A program made the translations under genes and the position numbers. Below, piece after piece: positions 40,058-50,988 of a stretch of DNA of 64,000 nucleotides. Position 1 is the stretch's first letter, and the number at the start of each line of letters is the position of its first letter. The notes below the pieces were generated by a model. The model did no database searches. It had not been told where the DNA came from and saw only the letters and a list, made by a program, of their open reading frames with translations. Source of the DNA: Myxococcota bacterium (lineage in GTDB: Bacteria; Myxococcota_A; UBA9160; SZUA-336); the NCBI GenBank assembly GCA_965247115.1, contig CBDFGR010000003.1, positions 2,579,178 to 2,643,177 of the forward strand, in the 5' to 3' direction.

Positions 40058-40667
40058 AGACCAGGAAGCTTTGTCGGGAGAGGAAGTCGTATTGCTGCTC
40101 GAGCTCATACCCGGCCTCTCGCATCTCACTCTGGATCTTCTCCGCGGAAGTGGAGTGGGGGAAGATCTTCTGTATCCAGCCTTCCGGACGAAACTCGATG
40201 ATCGCCACACGTCCGTCCGGGCTGAGGTACTTCTGCACGTTCGCGAAGTACTCGGCCCGGTCCTGGATGTGATGGTAGGTGTTGCAGGTGAAGAGGAGAT
40301 CCACGCGACCCTCGGGAAGCAACGGATCGTGATACTCGGCCAGGATCACTTCGACGTTTTCGGGTGACTCCGACTTCGCACGCTCCTCCAAGTATTCCGT
40401 CATCTTTTGGTCCACATCGACCGCGTAAACCTTGCCGTCGGGCCCAGCTGCCTCGGCGAGTCGGAAGGTGAAGTAACCTCCGCCAGCCCCCAGGTCGGCG
40501 ATCTGGTCTCCGGCCCGCACTCCGAGCGAGTCGACCACCTCGTCGGGCTCTTGCCAGCTGCTCCGTCCGAAGCCGCTGTACGCGAAGCTCTTCCACCGCG
40601 CGCAGCCGATGCAGACGAAGACGATCATCATTGCGCCCACCGCGAACCGAAGCGTGTTCGTGCCCAT
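40038..40667 (-). CDS. Class I SAM-dependent methyltransferase with signal/lipoprotein-like N-terminus
   Basis: ADLGAGGG, VYAVD and NTYHH motifs. Confidence 0.88.
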   Translation of the reverse strand: MGTNTLRFAVGAMMIVFVCIGCARWKSFAYSGFGRSSWQEPDEVVDSLGVRAGDQIADLGAGGGYFTFRLAEAAGPDGKVYAVDVDQKMTEYLEERAKSESPENVEVILAEYHDPLLPEGRVDLLFTCNTYHHIQDRAEYFANVQKYLSPDGRVAIIEFRPEGWIQKIFPHSTSAEKIQSEMREAGYELEQQYDFLSRQSFLVFARRAD

Positions 40668-40879
40668 CGGTCTTCTCCTCCCACTCTCCGGGCGTCGCCC
40701 GGAGTTTCTCATACCTGTGGCGAAGCAACGGCCGTGCCAGCCAGTGAAGGCAGCAAGAGGACCCTCGAGGTACGAGGTGCATGAACGGCACGACACCCGG
40801 CGAGAGGATATGACACCCCATCGAGTCGGTCGGGCGGAGGAGGACACAACTCCCCGTGTTTGTTAGACACTTTTCGCGC

Positions 40880-40956
40880 GCACCCGTAGCTCAATTGGAT
40901 AGAGCACCTGACTTCGGATCAGGGGGTTGGGGGTTCGAGTCCCTCCGGGTGTGCCA
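40880..40956 (+). tRNA. tRNA-Arg(TCG)
   Basis: Cloverleaf, CCTGA-CTTCGGA-TCAGG anticodon arm, GTTCGAG T-loop, CCA. Confidence 0.95.
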
Positions 40957-41012
40957 GAGGCTGGTACTCTGGCTCCGCTAGGAGCCAAACGCGGGGAACG
41001 CAGCGAGGAGTC

Positions 41013-42215
41013 ATGGAGACGCAAGCTGTTGCCGTGATCGGGGGGTGTGGACACGTTGGTCTGCCGCTGGCGGTGGTGAGCGCTTCGCTCGGGCGACAGA
41101 CGTACATCTACGACATCGACGAGGAGGCGATCGAGGCGGTTCGCGGGGGGCGTCCGCGCTTCCTCGAGCACGGGCTTGACGATCTGCTGGCGGACGTGCT
41201 CGAAGCCGGGTCTCTGACGCTCTCAGCAGATCCGAGGGTGCTGCGGGATGCACGCTTCGTGGTCCTGATCGTCGGCACGCCGGTCGATCGCTACCTGAAC
41301 CCCGAGGTCGACTCGCTCTTCGCGGCTCTCGAGCCCTGCGTGCCGCATCTGCAGGACGGCCAGACGCTCATCCTTCGCAGTACTGTGTATCCCGGTACGA
41401 GTCGCAGGATCCAGGACTGGCTGGATCAACGCGGTCTGCGGATCGACGTCACGTTCTGCCCGGAGCGCATTGCACAGGGCTTCGCGATCCGGGAGTTGCG
41501 CGAGCTGCCTCAGATCATCTCGGCGTTCACTCCCGCCGGTCTCGAGGCCGCGCGTGAGTTCTTTGAGCCGATCGCGCCGTCTCTGGTCACGCTGGAGCCG
41601 ATCGAGGCGGAGCTGGCGAAGCTCTTCACGAATTCGTATCGCTACATCGAGTTCGCGACGGTGAATCAGTTCTACATGATGGCCGAGACGCACGGCGCCG
41701 ACTATCACCGCATCGAGGAGGCGATCAAGCGCGACTATCCGCGGCTGGCACATCTGCCGGGACCGGGCTTTGCGGCGGGGCCGTGCCTGCTCAAGGACAC
41801 GATGCAGCTCGCGGCCTTCTACAACAACAACTTCTCGCTCGGCCACGCCGCACTCTGGATCAACGAAGGACTGCCAGACTTTCTCGTCGAGCAGCTCAAG
41901 CGCGAGCATTTGCTTCGTGAGAAGACGGTCGCGATCCTCGGTATGGCGTTCAAGGCAGAGAGCGACGACCGACGGGACTCGCTCTCCTACAAGCTGAGGA
42001 AGCTGCTGCGCCTCGAGGCGAAAGCAACGCTCTGCCACGATCCGTACGTTCGCGATCCGGAGCTGGTCCCGCTCGAGAAGGCCATCGCGGAGTGCGACAT
42101 CGTGATCGTTGCCACCCCGCATGCCGAGTATCGCAGCCTCCAGGTTCCTGCCGACAAGGTGGTCGTGGACATCTGGAATTGCCTCCCGGACCCGGCGTCC
42201 GGGGAGAGCGCGTGA
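41013..42215 (+). CDS. Nucleotide-sugar dehydrogenase (UDP-glucose/GDP-mannose DH family)
   Basis: GGCGHVG, RSTVYPG, CPER and GPCLLKD motifs. Confidence 0.92.
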   Translation: METQAVAVIGGCGHVGLPLAVVSASLGRQTYIYDIDEEAIEAVRGGRPRFLEHGLDDLLADVLEAGSLTLSADPRVLRDARFVVLIVGTPVDRYLNPEVDSLFAALEPCVPHLQDGQTLILRSTVYPGTSRRIQDWLDQRGLRIDVTFCPERIAQGFAIRELRELPQIISAFTPAGLEAAREFFEPIAPSLVTLEPIEAELAKLFTNSYRYIEFATVNQFYMMAETHGADYHRIEEAIKRDYPRLAHLPGPGFAAGPCLLKDTMQLAAFYNNNFSLGHAALWINEGLPDFLVEQLKREHLLREKTVAILGMAFKAESDDRRDSLSYKLRKLLRLEAKATLCHDPYVRDPELVPLEKAIAECDIVIVATPHAEYRSLQVPADKVVVDIWNCLPDPASGESA

Positions 42216-43234
42216 AGATCCTACTCACGGGCTCCGCCGGCTTCATCGCCGGCTACCTGGTGCCAGAACTCCTGGACGCGGGCCACGCGGTCGTCGGCGT
42301 CGACAACTTCAGCAAGTACGGCCACCTCGAAAAGAGCTACGACGCGCACCCGCAGTACTCGTTCCGGGAAGGGGATGCCCGGGATGTCGGGCTACTCGCG
42401 GAGCTCGCGGACGGCTGCGACATGATCGTCGCCGCCGCGGCCCGCATTGGAGGCATCTCGTATTTTCACGAGTTTGCGTACGATCTGCTCGCGGACAACG
42501 AGCGGATCATGACGGCGACCTTTGATGCTGCGCTCCATCATCACGGCCGTGGCGCGCTCGAGCGTATCGTGGTCGTCTCGTCGTCGATGGTGTTCGAGAA
42601 CGCGACCACCTTTCCGACGCCCGAAGGACAGCAGCGAGAGTGTCCGCCGCCCTCGTCTACCTACGGCTTCCAGAAGCTCGCCTGTGAGTACTTCGCGCAG
42701 GGAGCCTGGGAGCAGTACCAGCTGCCTTACACGATACTGCGTCCGTTCAACTGTGTAGGCGTCGGCGAGCAGCGGGCCCTCGCCGATGTGGACATCCCAT
42801 CGGGCAACATCAAGCTGGCGATGAGTCACGTGGTGCCCGACCTGTGCCAGAAGATCCTGAAGGGCCAGGATCCCCTGCATATCCTCGGAACAGGCGAACA
42901 GGTGCGGCACTACACGTACGGCGGCGATCTTGGACACGGGATTCGGCTGGCCATCGAGTCGGAGCGCGCCGTCAACCAGGACTTCAACCTCTCGACTTCG
43001 CGCTCGACCTCGGTTCTGGAGCTGGCCGAGCTCATCTGGCACAAGATCCACGGCCCGGAGCGTTCGCTGCGGTTGATCCACGACGAGCCCTTCGCCTACG
43101 ACGTGCAGCGGCGCGTGCCGGATACGAAGAAGGCCAGCGAGATCCTCGGCTTCGAGGCAACCACGGCCCTGGATCAGATGCTGGACGAGGTCATCCCCTG
43201 GATCCGGACGGCGATCGACCAGAAGCAGATCTGA
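42212..43234 (+). CDS. NAD-dependent epimerase/dehydratase
   Basis: TGSAGFIA and YGFQK motifs; GTG start overlapping the upstream stop. Confidence 0.92.
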   Translation: MKILLTGSAGFIAGYLVPELLDAGHAVVGVDNFSKYGHLEKSYDAHPQYSFREGDARDVGLLAELADGCDMIVAAAARIGGISYFHEFAYDLLADNERIMTATFDAALHHHGRGALERIVVVSSSMVFENATTFPTPEGQQRECPPPSSTYGFQKLACEYFAQGAWEQYQLPYTILRPFNCVGVGEQRALADVDIPSGNIKLAMSHVVPDLCQKILKGQDPLHILGTGEQVRHYTYGGDLGHGIRLAIESERAVNQDFNLSTSRSTSVLELAELIWHKIHGPERSLRLIHDEPFAYDVQRRVPDTKKASEILGFEATTALDQMLDEVIPWIRTAIDQKQI

Positions 43235-43235
43235 G

Positions 43236-44309
43236 ATGGCAAAGCCGATCCACGTGATCGAGCCGACCCTGGAGGACGAGGCCGGACATGGGCGGAGCTT
43301 CATGGCCGCAGTCATGGCGGCGGGGCCGGAGCAGCGCTTCGAGATCTGGGCGGGGAGGCGGGCTGGGGCGCTGTTCGAGGATCTGCCGCAGGCGAGTCTG
43401 CACGCGTATTTCGAACGGCGCGTGCGCAGGCTCCAGGCGCTGTTCCTGTATCGCCGCTTGCTGCGGGGGTCGGGTCGCATCTTCTTGCCGACAGCAGGGG
43501 CGACCGATCTGACTCTGATCGGCCTGGCCTCCAGGGGTGCCGTGCCGCCGCGCAAGGCGATCTTCTTCTTCCACTGGATCCGCCCGACCGTGGCCAGGCG
43601 ACGGCGTCTCGCCCGCGTGGCAGAGCGGCAGCCCAACCTGAGGGTCCTGGGCGCCACGCCCGAGATCGTCTCCACTCTGCAGGACGCCGGCTTCTCCGAT
43701 GCCCGCCTCGTGCCCTATCCCGTCACCACGCGGGCAAGACCTCCTGAGGATCCCGGATTTCGGCACCTCTTCTTTGCGGGCGCCGCGCGTCGGGACAAGG
43801 GCTTTGGGCGCGTGGTGGACCTGGTCGCGCTCCTCCAGGAACGGGAAGAGACGCTCCCTATCGTGGTCCAGACCTCGGCACGTCACTACGGCAAGCGCGA
43901 CCCTGCCGTTGCGGCAGATACGGAGCGCTTGCTCGGGCTCAGCTACACCGGGCTCAGGGCCGAGCCGGAGACGCTCGCGAGCGACGCATATCTGCGTCTG
44001 TTCCACGGCGCCATCTGCCTGCAGCCCTACGAGCGTGCCGAGTTCGAAGGGAGGGTCAGCGCCGTCACCGTCGACGCGCTCGCGTCTGGCTGTCCGATCA
44101 TCACGACCGCGGGTACCTGGATGGCCCACACCGTCGAGCGATTCGATGCAGGCATTGCACTCACGGATCTCTCGGCCGCCGAGCTACACCAGACCGTCCG
44201 CACGGTCATCGCTCAGTACGACCGCTACTCCGCGAACGCGCGTGAAGCCGCAAAGAGCGTCCAGGAAGAGCACAGCGGGGCCCACTTGCTCCGCGCCGTC
44301 CTGAGCTGA
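43236..44309 (+). CDS. Glycosyltransferase (GT-B, family 4-like)
   Basis: GAARRDKGF and DALASGCPII motifs; operon context. Confidence 0.8.
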   Translation: MAKPIHVIEPTLEDEAGHGRSFMAAVMAAGPEQRFEIWAGRRAGALFEDLPQASLHAYFERRVRRLQALFLYRRLLRGSGRIFLPTAGATDLTLIGLASRGAVPPRKAIFFFHWIRPTVARRRRLARVAERQPNLRVLGATPEIVSTLQDAGFSDARLVPYPVTTRARPPEDPGFRHLFFAGAARRDKGFGRVVDLVALLQEREETLPIVVQTSARHYGKRDPAVAADTERLLGLSYTGLRAEPETLASDAYLRLFHGAICLQPYERAEFEGRVSAVTVDALASGCPIITTAGTWMAHTVERFDAGIALTDLSAAELHQTVRTVIAQYDRYSANAREAAKSVQEEHSGAHLLRAVLS

Positions 44310-44733
44310 GACCGGGTGCCTAGCGGATCTCCGGTGTAGAGCCCGCGGCTCTCCTGATGCCGATGCCGTCGGGGGACTCGGGGCAGCGAAGCCGGCTCTG
44401 TGTCCGCGTCTGCCAGAGCGAGCGGACGGGCCGAGGACGAAGCCTGTCCGGACCCCGCAGCGCGACGCCGCCCGACCACACGATTCGGTGGCGCTCGCAG
44501 AGCGAGGCGGTAGGCGTCGAGTCTCTCGACTCCTCGGGCTGTCCCAGAGAGGGGCTCGCAAGGAGAACCGCGGCGACCGCGACGGATGCACACCTGGTCA
44601 AACGGCTCTCCTGAAAGGGGGCGAACCGGCCCGTAGCGATTCTACCAGAGCCGGCGACCCGATCGGGCGGCAGGGAGCCTTCCCAACTTCGTCGACTCCG
44701 CGTATGATCCGAGATTCACACAGGAGAGGCAGC

Positions 44734-45051
44734 ATGAGGTCCACACTTGCACTTCTTACTGCGGTCGCGCTATTCGCCGTCCCGCTACTAGCCCGCGCCG
44801 AGACGGTCGTCGAGGTGGGGCACAACCGCCTGGAGCCGGCCGCGATCATGGTCAATAGCGGTGACACCGTGAGGTTCGTTAACACGGACCAGATGCCCGG
44901 CGGGCATACCATCGTCGCTGATGACGGCTCGTTCTCCAGCCCTCCGCTCGCCAAGGACGAGAGCTGGTCCCACACGTTCGGCAAGGCCGGAGCCTTCGGC
45001 TACTCCATCCAGCAACACCCCAGCGCCAAGGGGATCGTGACCGTCAAGTAG
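44734..45051 (+). CDS. Secreted cupredoxin-fold protein
   Basis: Signal peptide; GDTVRFVN...HTI...SWSHTF..AG.FGY...HP..KG.VTV. Confidence 0.85.
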   Translation: MRSTLALLTAVALFAVPLLARAETVVEVGHNRLEPAAIMVNSGDTVRFVNTDQMPGGHTIVADDGSFSSPPLAKDESWSHTFGKAGAFGYSIQQHPSAKGIVTVK

Positions 45052-45136
45052 GGTCGTGAACTCGTGCGATGCGGTCTGGCGGAGGCTTCCCCGGCGTCCG
45101 GTGATCGAAGGATACCGCTGAGCTAGCTTCCGGGCG

Positions 45137-48100
45137 ATGACCCGCGCCCGCTGGGAGTTCTGGATCGATCGCGGTGGCACCTTCACCGACTGTCTGGGGC
45201 GCGATCCCGAGAGCGGCGAGATCCGGGTCGCGAAGATCCTGTCCTCCGACCGGGCCCCACTCGAGGGCATCCGGCAGATCCTGGGGCTGGAGACGAGCCA
45301 GCCGATTCCGCCCAGCGACATCCGGATGGGCACGACCATCGCGACGAACGCGCTGCTCGAGCGCAAAGGCGCCGCCTGCGCACTCGTGATCAGCTCCGGC
45401 TTTCGGGACCTGCTCGAGATCGGGACCCAGGCGCGCCCGCGCATCTTCGACCTGGAGATACGGAAGCCCGAGGTCTTGTACCGCGAAGTGCTCGAGGTGC
45501 ACGCGCGAGCGGACGCGAAAGGGCACATCCTGGAGCGGCCCGAGCCCGATGCGACGCGCCGGTCCCTTCGGGAGCTCCAGGAGCGGGGTCTGCGCAGTGT
45601 TGCGGTGGTGCTCCTGCACGCCTATCGAGCCCAGGCGCTGGAGCGCGAGCTCGGCGCGCTCGCGAGCGAGGTCGGCTTCGAACACGTGGCGCTCTCGCAC
45701 GAGGTGGCCGCGGAGATTGGCGTGCTCGGAAGGGGCGACACTACCTGTGTAGACGCGTACCTAACCCCCTTGATCCGGGACTACGTGCGCACCCTGCAGG
45801 CGGAGCTGCCTGGTAGCAGCCTGCGCATCATGCAGTCGAGTGGGGGCCTGACCGACGCCCAGCGCTTTCGCGGTCCCAACGCGATCCTCTCCGGTCCTGC
45901 CGGTGGAGTTGTCGCGTACGCGCACGTCGCGAGCGAGATGGGCCTCGAGCGGGCGATCGGCTTCGACATGGGGGGAACCTCGACCGACGTGTCGCGCTTC
46001 GATGGCGAGTTCGAGCGCGTCTACGAGACCGAGACGGCCGGCGTGCGCATCCGCGCGCCGATGATGGCGATCCGCACGGTCGCAGCGGGGGGAGGCTCGC
46101 TCTGTCGCTACGACGGCTACCGGATGATGGTCGGTCCGGAGAGTGCGGGGGCCGAACCGGGTCCCCTGAGCTACAGGCACCCGGACGCGACGGAGCTGGC
46201 GCTGACCGACGTCAACCTGGCGCTTGGACGAGTGCTCCCGGATCGCTTTCCCTTTCCGCTCGAGCTCGGTCGCATCGACGCCGCACTCGATGAGCTGGTG
46301 GCGCAGCTGCGTGCTCAGGGCAACCTGCGTACGCGGGCACAGGTCGCCGCCGGGTTCTTCGAGATCGCGAACGCGAACATGGCCGAGGCAATCCGGCGCG
46401 TCTCCGTCGCTCGCGGCTACGATGTACGCGACTACGCGCTCGTGGTATTCGGCGGCGCAGGCGGGCAACACGCCTGCGCCCTCGCGCGTCGGTTGGGTAT
46501 CCGCCGCATCGTGTTTCACCCCTTCGCCGGCGTGCTCTCCGCCTACGGGATGGGGTTGGCCGACGTCAGCTGGGACGGAGAGGCGGATCTCGGACGGCGC
46601 GAGCTGGGTCCGGATCTCGACGCCGCGGTGGCGCCGATCTTTGCAGAGCTCGAAACGAGCGGCCGTCGCGTGCTGCAGGGCGAGGGCTTCCCGCCGGAAC
46701 GGATTCGCTCGCTTTGGCGTCTGGACCTTCGCTACCGCGGGACCGAGACCCCCCTCACGCTGCTCGAGGGCGAGGGCGAGGGCGACCGATCCACGCGCTT
46801 CGAGGAGCTTCACCGGCGACGCTTCGGCTACGCGAGGCCCGGCCACGTGGTCGAGGCCACGGTCGCACGGGTAGAGGTGATGGGCATTCACCGGCCGCAA
46901 GCCGATCCGAGGATCGAGGTCCCCGTGGGGTCGAACGCAGCGGAACGAACCACACGACTCTGGAGTGAGGGGATCTTTCACGACGACGTTCCCGTCGTAC
47001 AGCGAGAGACCTTGCGGCCCGGCGAGCGCCTCGAGGGCCCTGCGCTGGTGCTCGAGGCCACGGGCACGATCGTCGTCGACCTGGGCTTCGAGCTGGAAAT
47101 GGACGACCACGGCCGCATCGCTTTGACTGATCGGGCCGGCCGTGCGGAGAAGACTCGCGTCGCGACAGAGGAGGATCCTGTCCAGCTCGAGATCTTCAAC
47201 AATCTGTTCATGTCGATTGCGGAGCAGATGGGAACGGTTCTCCAGAACACGTCGCTCTCGACGAACATTCGCGAGCGCCTCGATTTTTCCTGCGCGATCT
47301 TCGAGAACGAGGGCGGCCTCGTGGCGAACGCGCCGCATATTCCCGTACACCTCGGCGCGATGAGCGAGTCCGTGCGCGCAGTCGTCCAGGCACACCCCGA
47401 TCCTGCGCCTGGCGATGTCTTCATCACGAATGATCCGGCCTCTGGGGGCTCCCACCTCCCGGATGTGACCGTCGTGACGCCGGTGCACTCGCGCGACGGC
47501 GAGCTGCGCTTCTTCACCGCAAGTCGCGGCCATCACGCAGACATCGGGGGGATCACGCCGGGCTCCATGCCCCCGTTCTCACGGGTGCTGGAGGAGGAGG
47601 GCGTGGTCTTACGGGGCCTGCGCATCGTCCACGCGGGCCGCCTGGACGAGGAGCTCGTTCTGTCGACGCTCCAGGCGGCGGCTCACCCGGCGCGCAGCCC
47701 GCGCGACAACCTCGCGGACGTCGAGGCACAGATCGCGGCCAACAACACCGGCGTCCGACTGCTCGGGGAGATGACCGACCGCTACGGGCTCGAGACGGTG
47801 CTCGCCTACATGCAGCACGTGCAGGACAACGCGGCGGCCAAGGTGAGCGACGAGATCGCGAAGCTGCCCGACGGCGAGCACCGCTTCGAGGACGCGCTGG
47901 ACGACGGAACTCCGATCTGTGTCACCTTGCGGGTCACTGGAGATCGCATGGATGTCGACTTTGCGGGGACGGGCCCAGAGGTCGAGGGCAACCTGAACGC
48001 CCCCCGCGCCGTCACGGTGGCGGCAGTGATCTACGTGCTCCGCGCGCTCGTCGGCGAGGAGATCCCGCTCAACAGCGGCTGCCTGCGCCCGGTGACGATC

Positions 48101-48682
48101 CGCATTCCGGAGCGCTGTGTGCTCTCGCCCGGGCCGGATCGCGCGGTCTGCGGCGGGAACGTGGAGACCTCGCAGCGGGTCGTGGACGTGCTCCTCGGCG
48201 CGCTCGGCAGGCTGGCAGCCTGCCAGGGTACGATGAACAACCTGACGTTTGGCGACGCCAGCTTCGGCTACTACGAGACGATCGGCGGCGGCGCGGGAGC
48301 AGGGGAGGGCTTCGACGCCGCTTCGGGCGTTCACACGCATATGACGAACACCCGCATCACTGATCCCGAGGTGCTCGAAGCGCGCTTTCCGGTGCGCCTG
48401 CGCGAGTTCTCGCTGCGTTCGGGGTCCGGTGGGTCCGGGCAGTGGCGCGGGGGCGACGGCCTCGTGCGAGAGATCGAGTTTCTGCGCCCGATGCGCGTCT
48501 CGATCCTCTCGGAGCGGCGCGAGCGCGCGCCCTTCGGACTGCGTGGCGCCGAGGGCGGAGCTCGGGGCCGGAACCTGCACAACGGCGCGGAGATCCCTGG
48601 CAAGTGCACGCGCGACGTCGCGGCGGGCGACACCATTCGCATCGAGACTCCGGGTGGGGGCGGCTTCGGAGCACCCGAGTGA
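45137..48682 (+). CDS. 5-oxoprolinase / hydantoinase A+B fusion
   Basis: [24 protein letters not shown] and TMNN motifs; 1181 aa. Confidence 0.93.
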   Translation: MTRARWEFWIDRGGTFTDCLGRDPESGEIRVAKILSSDRAPLEGIRQILGLETSQPIPPSDIRMGTTIATNALLERKGAACALVISSGFRDLLEIGTQARPRIFDLEIRKPEVLYREVLEVHARADAKGHILERPEPDATRRSLRELQERGLRSVAVVLLHAYRAQALERELGALASEVGFEHVALSHEVAAEIGVLGRGDTTCVDAYLTPLIRDYVRTLQAELPGSSLRIMQSSGGLTDAQRFRGPNAILSGPAGGVVAYAHVASEMGLERAIGFDMGGTSTDVSRFDGEFERVYETETAGVRIRAPMMAIRTVAAGGGSLCRYDGYRMMVGPESAGAEPGPLSYRHPDATELALTDVNLALGRVLPDRFPFPLELGRIDAALDELVAQLRAQGNLRTRAQVAAGFFEIANANMAEAIRRVSVARGYDVRDYALVVFGGAGGQHACALARRLGIRRIVFHPFAGVLSAYGMGLADVSWDGEADLGRRELGPDLDAAVAPIFAELETSGRRVLQGEGFPPERIRSLWRLDLRYRGTETPLTLLEGEGEGDRSTRFEELHRRRFGYARPGHVVEATVARVEVMGIHRPQADPRIEVPVGSNAAERTTRLWSEGIFHDDVPVVQRETLRPGERLEGPALVLEATGTIVVDLGFELEMDDHGRIALTDRAGRAEKTRVATEEDPVQLEIFNNLFMSIAEQMGTVLQNTSLSTNIRERLDFSCAIFENEGGLVANAPHIPVHLGAMSESVRAVVQAHPDPAPGDVFITNDPASGGSHLPDVTVVTPVHSRDGELRFFTASRGHHADIGGITPGSMPPFSRVLEEEGVVLRGLRIVHAGRLDEELVLSTLQAAAHPARSPRDNLADVEAQIAANNTGVRLLGEMTDRYGLETVLAYMQHVQDNAAAKVSDEIAKLPDGEHRFEDALDDGTPICVTLRVTGDRMDVDFAGTGPEVEGNLNAPRAVTVAAVIYVLRALVGEEIPLNSGCLRPVTIRIPERCVLSPGPDRAVCGGNVETSQRVVDVLLGALGRLAACQGTMNNLTFGDASFGYYETIGGGAGAGEGFDAASGVHTHMTNTRITDPEVLEARFPVRLREFSLRSGSGGSGQWRGGDGLVREIEFLRPMRVSILSERRERAPFGLRGAEGGARGRNLHNGAEIPGKCTRDVAAGDTIRIETPGGGGFGAPE

Positions 48683-50988
48683 GCCTGCACACCGGTTTCA
48701 TCCTGCAGCCCACGAGCGTGCAGCGCGCGGGTCGACCGGTGATCCGGCTGCTGGGTCGGTTGCAGGACGGCGGTACGTTCCTCGTCGAGGACGATACCTT
48801 CGAGCCCTACTTCTTCGCGCCCGTCGAGGCGAGCGTTGCGCTCGCAGGGGAGCGCGAGGCGCGGGTCGAGCCCACAGATCTGCGCGACCTCGAGGGCCGC
48901 GCCCTCGCTCGCATCGTGGCCCGAGTACCGGGCGACGTTCCGCGCCTACGGCGCGTGATCCTCGACGCTGGAGGAGACGTGCTCGAGGCCGACATTCGCT
49001 TCGCGTACCGCTACCTGATCGACCGGGGCATCCGCGCTGCGGTCGAGATCGAGGGCGAGCCCGAGCGGCTCGAGTCCGGGATGCTGCGCTTCTCCAACCC
49101 GGAGCTTCGGGGCTGCGAATTCCGGCCGGAGCTCAGCATCCTCTCGCTGGACATCGAGACCACTCCCGACGCGTCCAGCGTCTTCTCCATCGCCCTGGTA
49201 GGTGCAGGCGCAGATGAGGTGCACTTGCTCTCACTGCAGCCCGTCGCGGGCGCGACGGTCCACGCGAGCGAGTCCGAGCTGCTGCGGGCGTTCGCGTCCC
49301 GCGTGCGCGAGCTCGATCCCGACATCCTTACAGGTTGGAATGTGATCGACTTCGACCTGCGCGTGCTGGAACGCCGCGCGCGCCGGAACCGCACGCGTTG
49401 CGAGCTCGGCCGCCTCCCGGGGCCCACGTCGTTCGTTCAGGATCAGTCCTTCACTCGCACCGGTCGCGCTGAGGTGGCGGGACGCATGGTGCTCGACGGC
49501 ATATCGCTGGTACGCGACGCCTTCATCACGCTCGACGACTACACTCTGGAGACCGCGGCTCGCGCGCTGCTCGGCCGCGGCAAGCGGATCAGTGAGCCCG
49601 CGGGGAACCGCGCGGCCGAGATCCAGCGGCTCTATCGCGAAGATCCAGCTGCCCTGGTGGCGTACAACCGGGAGGACGCCCGCCTGGTCCTGGACATGAT
49701 CGAGCAGGAGCGCCTGCTCCACCTCGCGGTGGAGCGCAGCCTCCTGTGCGGCATGCAGCTCGATCGCGTCGGCGCCAGCATCGCGTCGTTCGATCTGCTG
49801 TATCTTCCCGAGCTGCGGCGTCGCGGCTACGTGGCACCCTCCGTCGACACAGAGCGCAAGCGCGAGCGCGTCCACGGCGGGGCGGTCATGGACTCCCACC
49901 CCGGGCTGTTCCGGAACGTGGCGGTCTACGACTTCAAGAGCCTGTATCCGAGCCTGATCCGCACGTTTGATCTCGACCCCCTCGCCCACGCCGAGCCTGG
50001 AGCGGATCCGATCATCGCGCCGAACGGTGCCGCGTTCGCGCGCAAGGGGGGCCTGCTTCCGGAGATCCTGTTGCGCTTCTTCGCCCGTCGTGAGCAGGCG
50101 AAGGCGCGCTCCGACGCGCACGCCGATCTCGCCATCAAGATCATGATGAACGCGCTGTTCGGCGTGCTCGGAGCGGCGGGCTGTCGCTTCTTCGATCCGG
50201 CGGTCGCCAATGCCATCACAAGCTTCGGGCAGCAGATCCTCGGCTGGACGCGGGAAGCCTTCGAAGCGCGGGGGGTTCAGATCCTCTACGGGGACACGGA
50301 CTCCGTCTTCGTTGCGCTGGAGCCAGATCTCCCGAGCGAGGCGGTGACAGAGCGGGCCACGGAGCTGCTCGCGCTCATCCAGGCCGCGCTGGCCGAGCGG
50401 TTGGTCCAGGAATACGCGGTGGAGTCCGAGCTCCAGCTGGAGCTCGAGCGGATCTACGCGCGCTTCTTCCAGCCGAGCTTGCGCGGTGGCACGGAGGGGA
50501 GCAAGAAGCGCTATGCCGGACTCGTCGACGGACAGCTCCATGTTGTTGGACTCGAATCCGTTCGCCGCGATTGGCCGGAGGTGACACGTCGCCTGCAGCA
50601 CGGACTGCTGTCGCGGGTCTTCAACGACGCGCCCGTCGTACCCTTCGTCCAGGACACGATCCGACGGGTCAGGGAGGGCCAGCTCGACACTGAGCTCGTC
50701 ATCCGCAAGGGCCTGCGCAAGGGCTCGGTCGAACGCTACACCGAACGCATCCCGCCTCACGTGGAAGCGGCGCGCCGAGCTGGCGCACGAGCTGGTCGGA
50801 TTGTGAGCTACGTCATGACACAGAGAGGTCCGGAGCCCGTCTTCCCTGGCGAGCCGCTACCGACCAAGATCGACTATCCCCACTACGTTGCAAGAGTGCT
50901 GCGTCCGGTCGCGGAATCGATCCTCTCCGTTGTGGGCGAGAGCATCGAGGAGGCGTTGGGAGAGCCGCAGCAGCTCAGTCTGCTGTGA
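48679..50988 (+). CDS. polB: DNA polymerase II (family B)
   Basis: DIET exonuclease motif, [19 protein letters not shown] and KKRYAG. Confidence 0.93.
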   Translation: MSLHTGFILQPTSVQRAGRPVIRLLGRLQDGGTFLVEDDTFEPYFFAPVEASVALAGEREARVEPTDLRDLEGRALARIVARVPGDVPRLRRVILDAGGDVLEADIRFAYRYLIDRGIRAAVEIEGEPERLESGMLRFSNPELRGCEFRPELSILSLDIETTPDASSVFSIALVGAGADEVHLLSLQPVAGATVHASESELLRAFASRVRELDPDILTGWNVIDFDLRVLERRARRNRTRCELGRLPGPTSFVQDQSFTRTGRAEVAGRMVLDGISLVRDAFITLDDYTLETAARALLGRGKRISEPAGNRAAEIQRLYREDPAALVAYNREDARLVLDMIEQERLLHLAVERSLLCGMQLDRVGASIASFDLLYLPELRRRGYVAPSVDTERKRERVHGGAVMDSHPGLFRNVAVYDFKSLYPSLIRTFDLDPLAHAEPGADPIIAPNGAAFARKGGLLPEILLRFFARREQAKARSDAHADLAIKIMMNALFGVLGAAGCRFFDPAVANAITSFGQQILGWTREAFEARGVQILYGDTDSVFVALEPDLPSEAVTERATELLALIQAALAERLVQEYAVESELQLELERIYARFFQPSLRGGTEGSKKRYAGLVDGQLHVVGLESVRRDWPEVTRRLQHGLLSRVFNDAPVVPFVQDTIRRVREGQLDTELVIRKGLRKGSVERYTERIPPHVEAARRAGARAGRIVSYVMTQRGPEPVFPGEPLPTKIDYPHYVARVLRPVAESILSVVGESIEEALGEPQQLSLL

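Noticed and set aside
40957..44320. Genomic island integrated at tRNA-Arg
   Set aside because: No integrase, no convincing duplicated tRNA 3' end, and composition similar to host genes.
44320..44601. Small secreted protein on the minus strand
   Set aside because: Signal-like N-terminus, but the remainder has no recognisable features; too weak to call.
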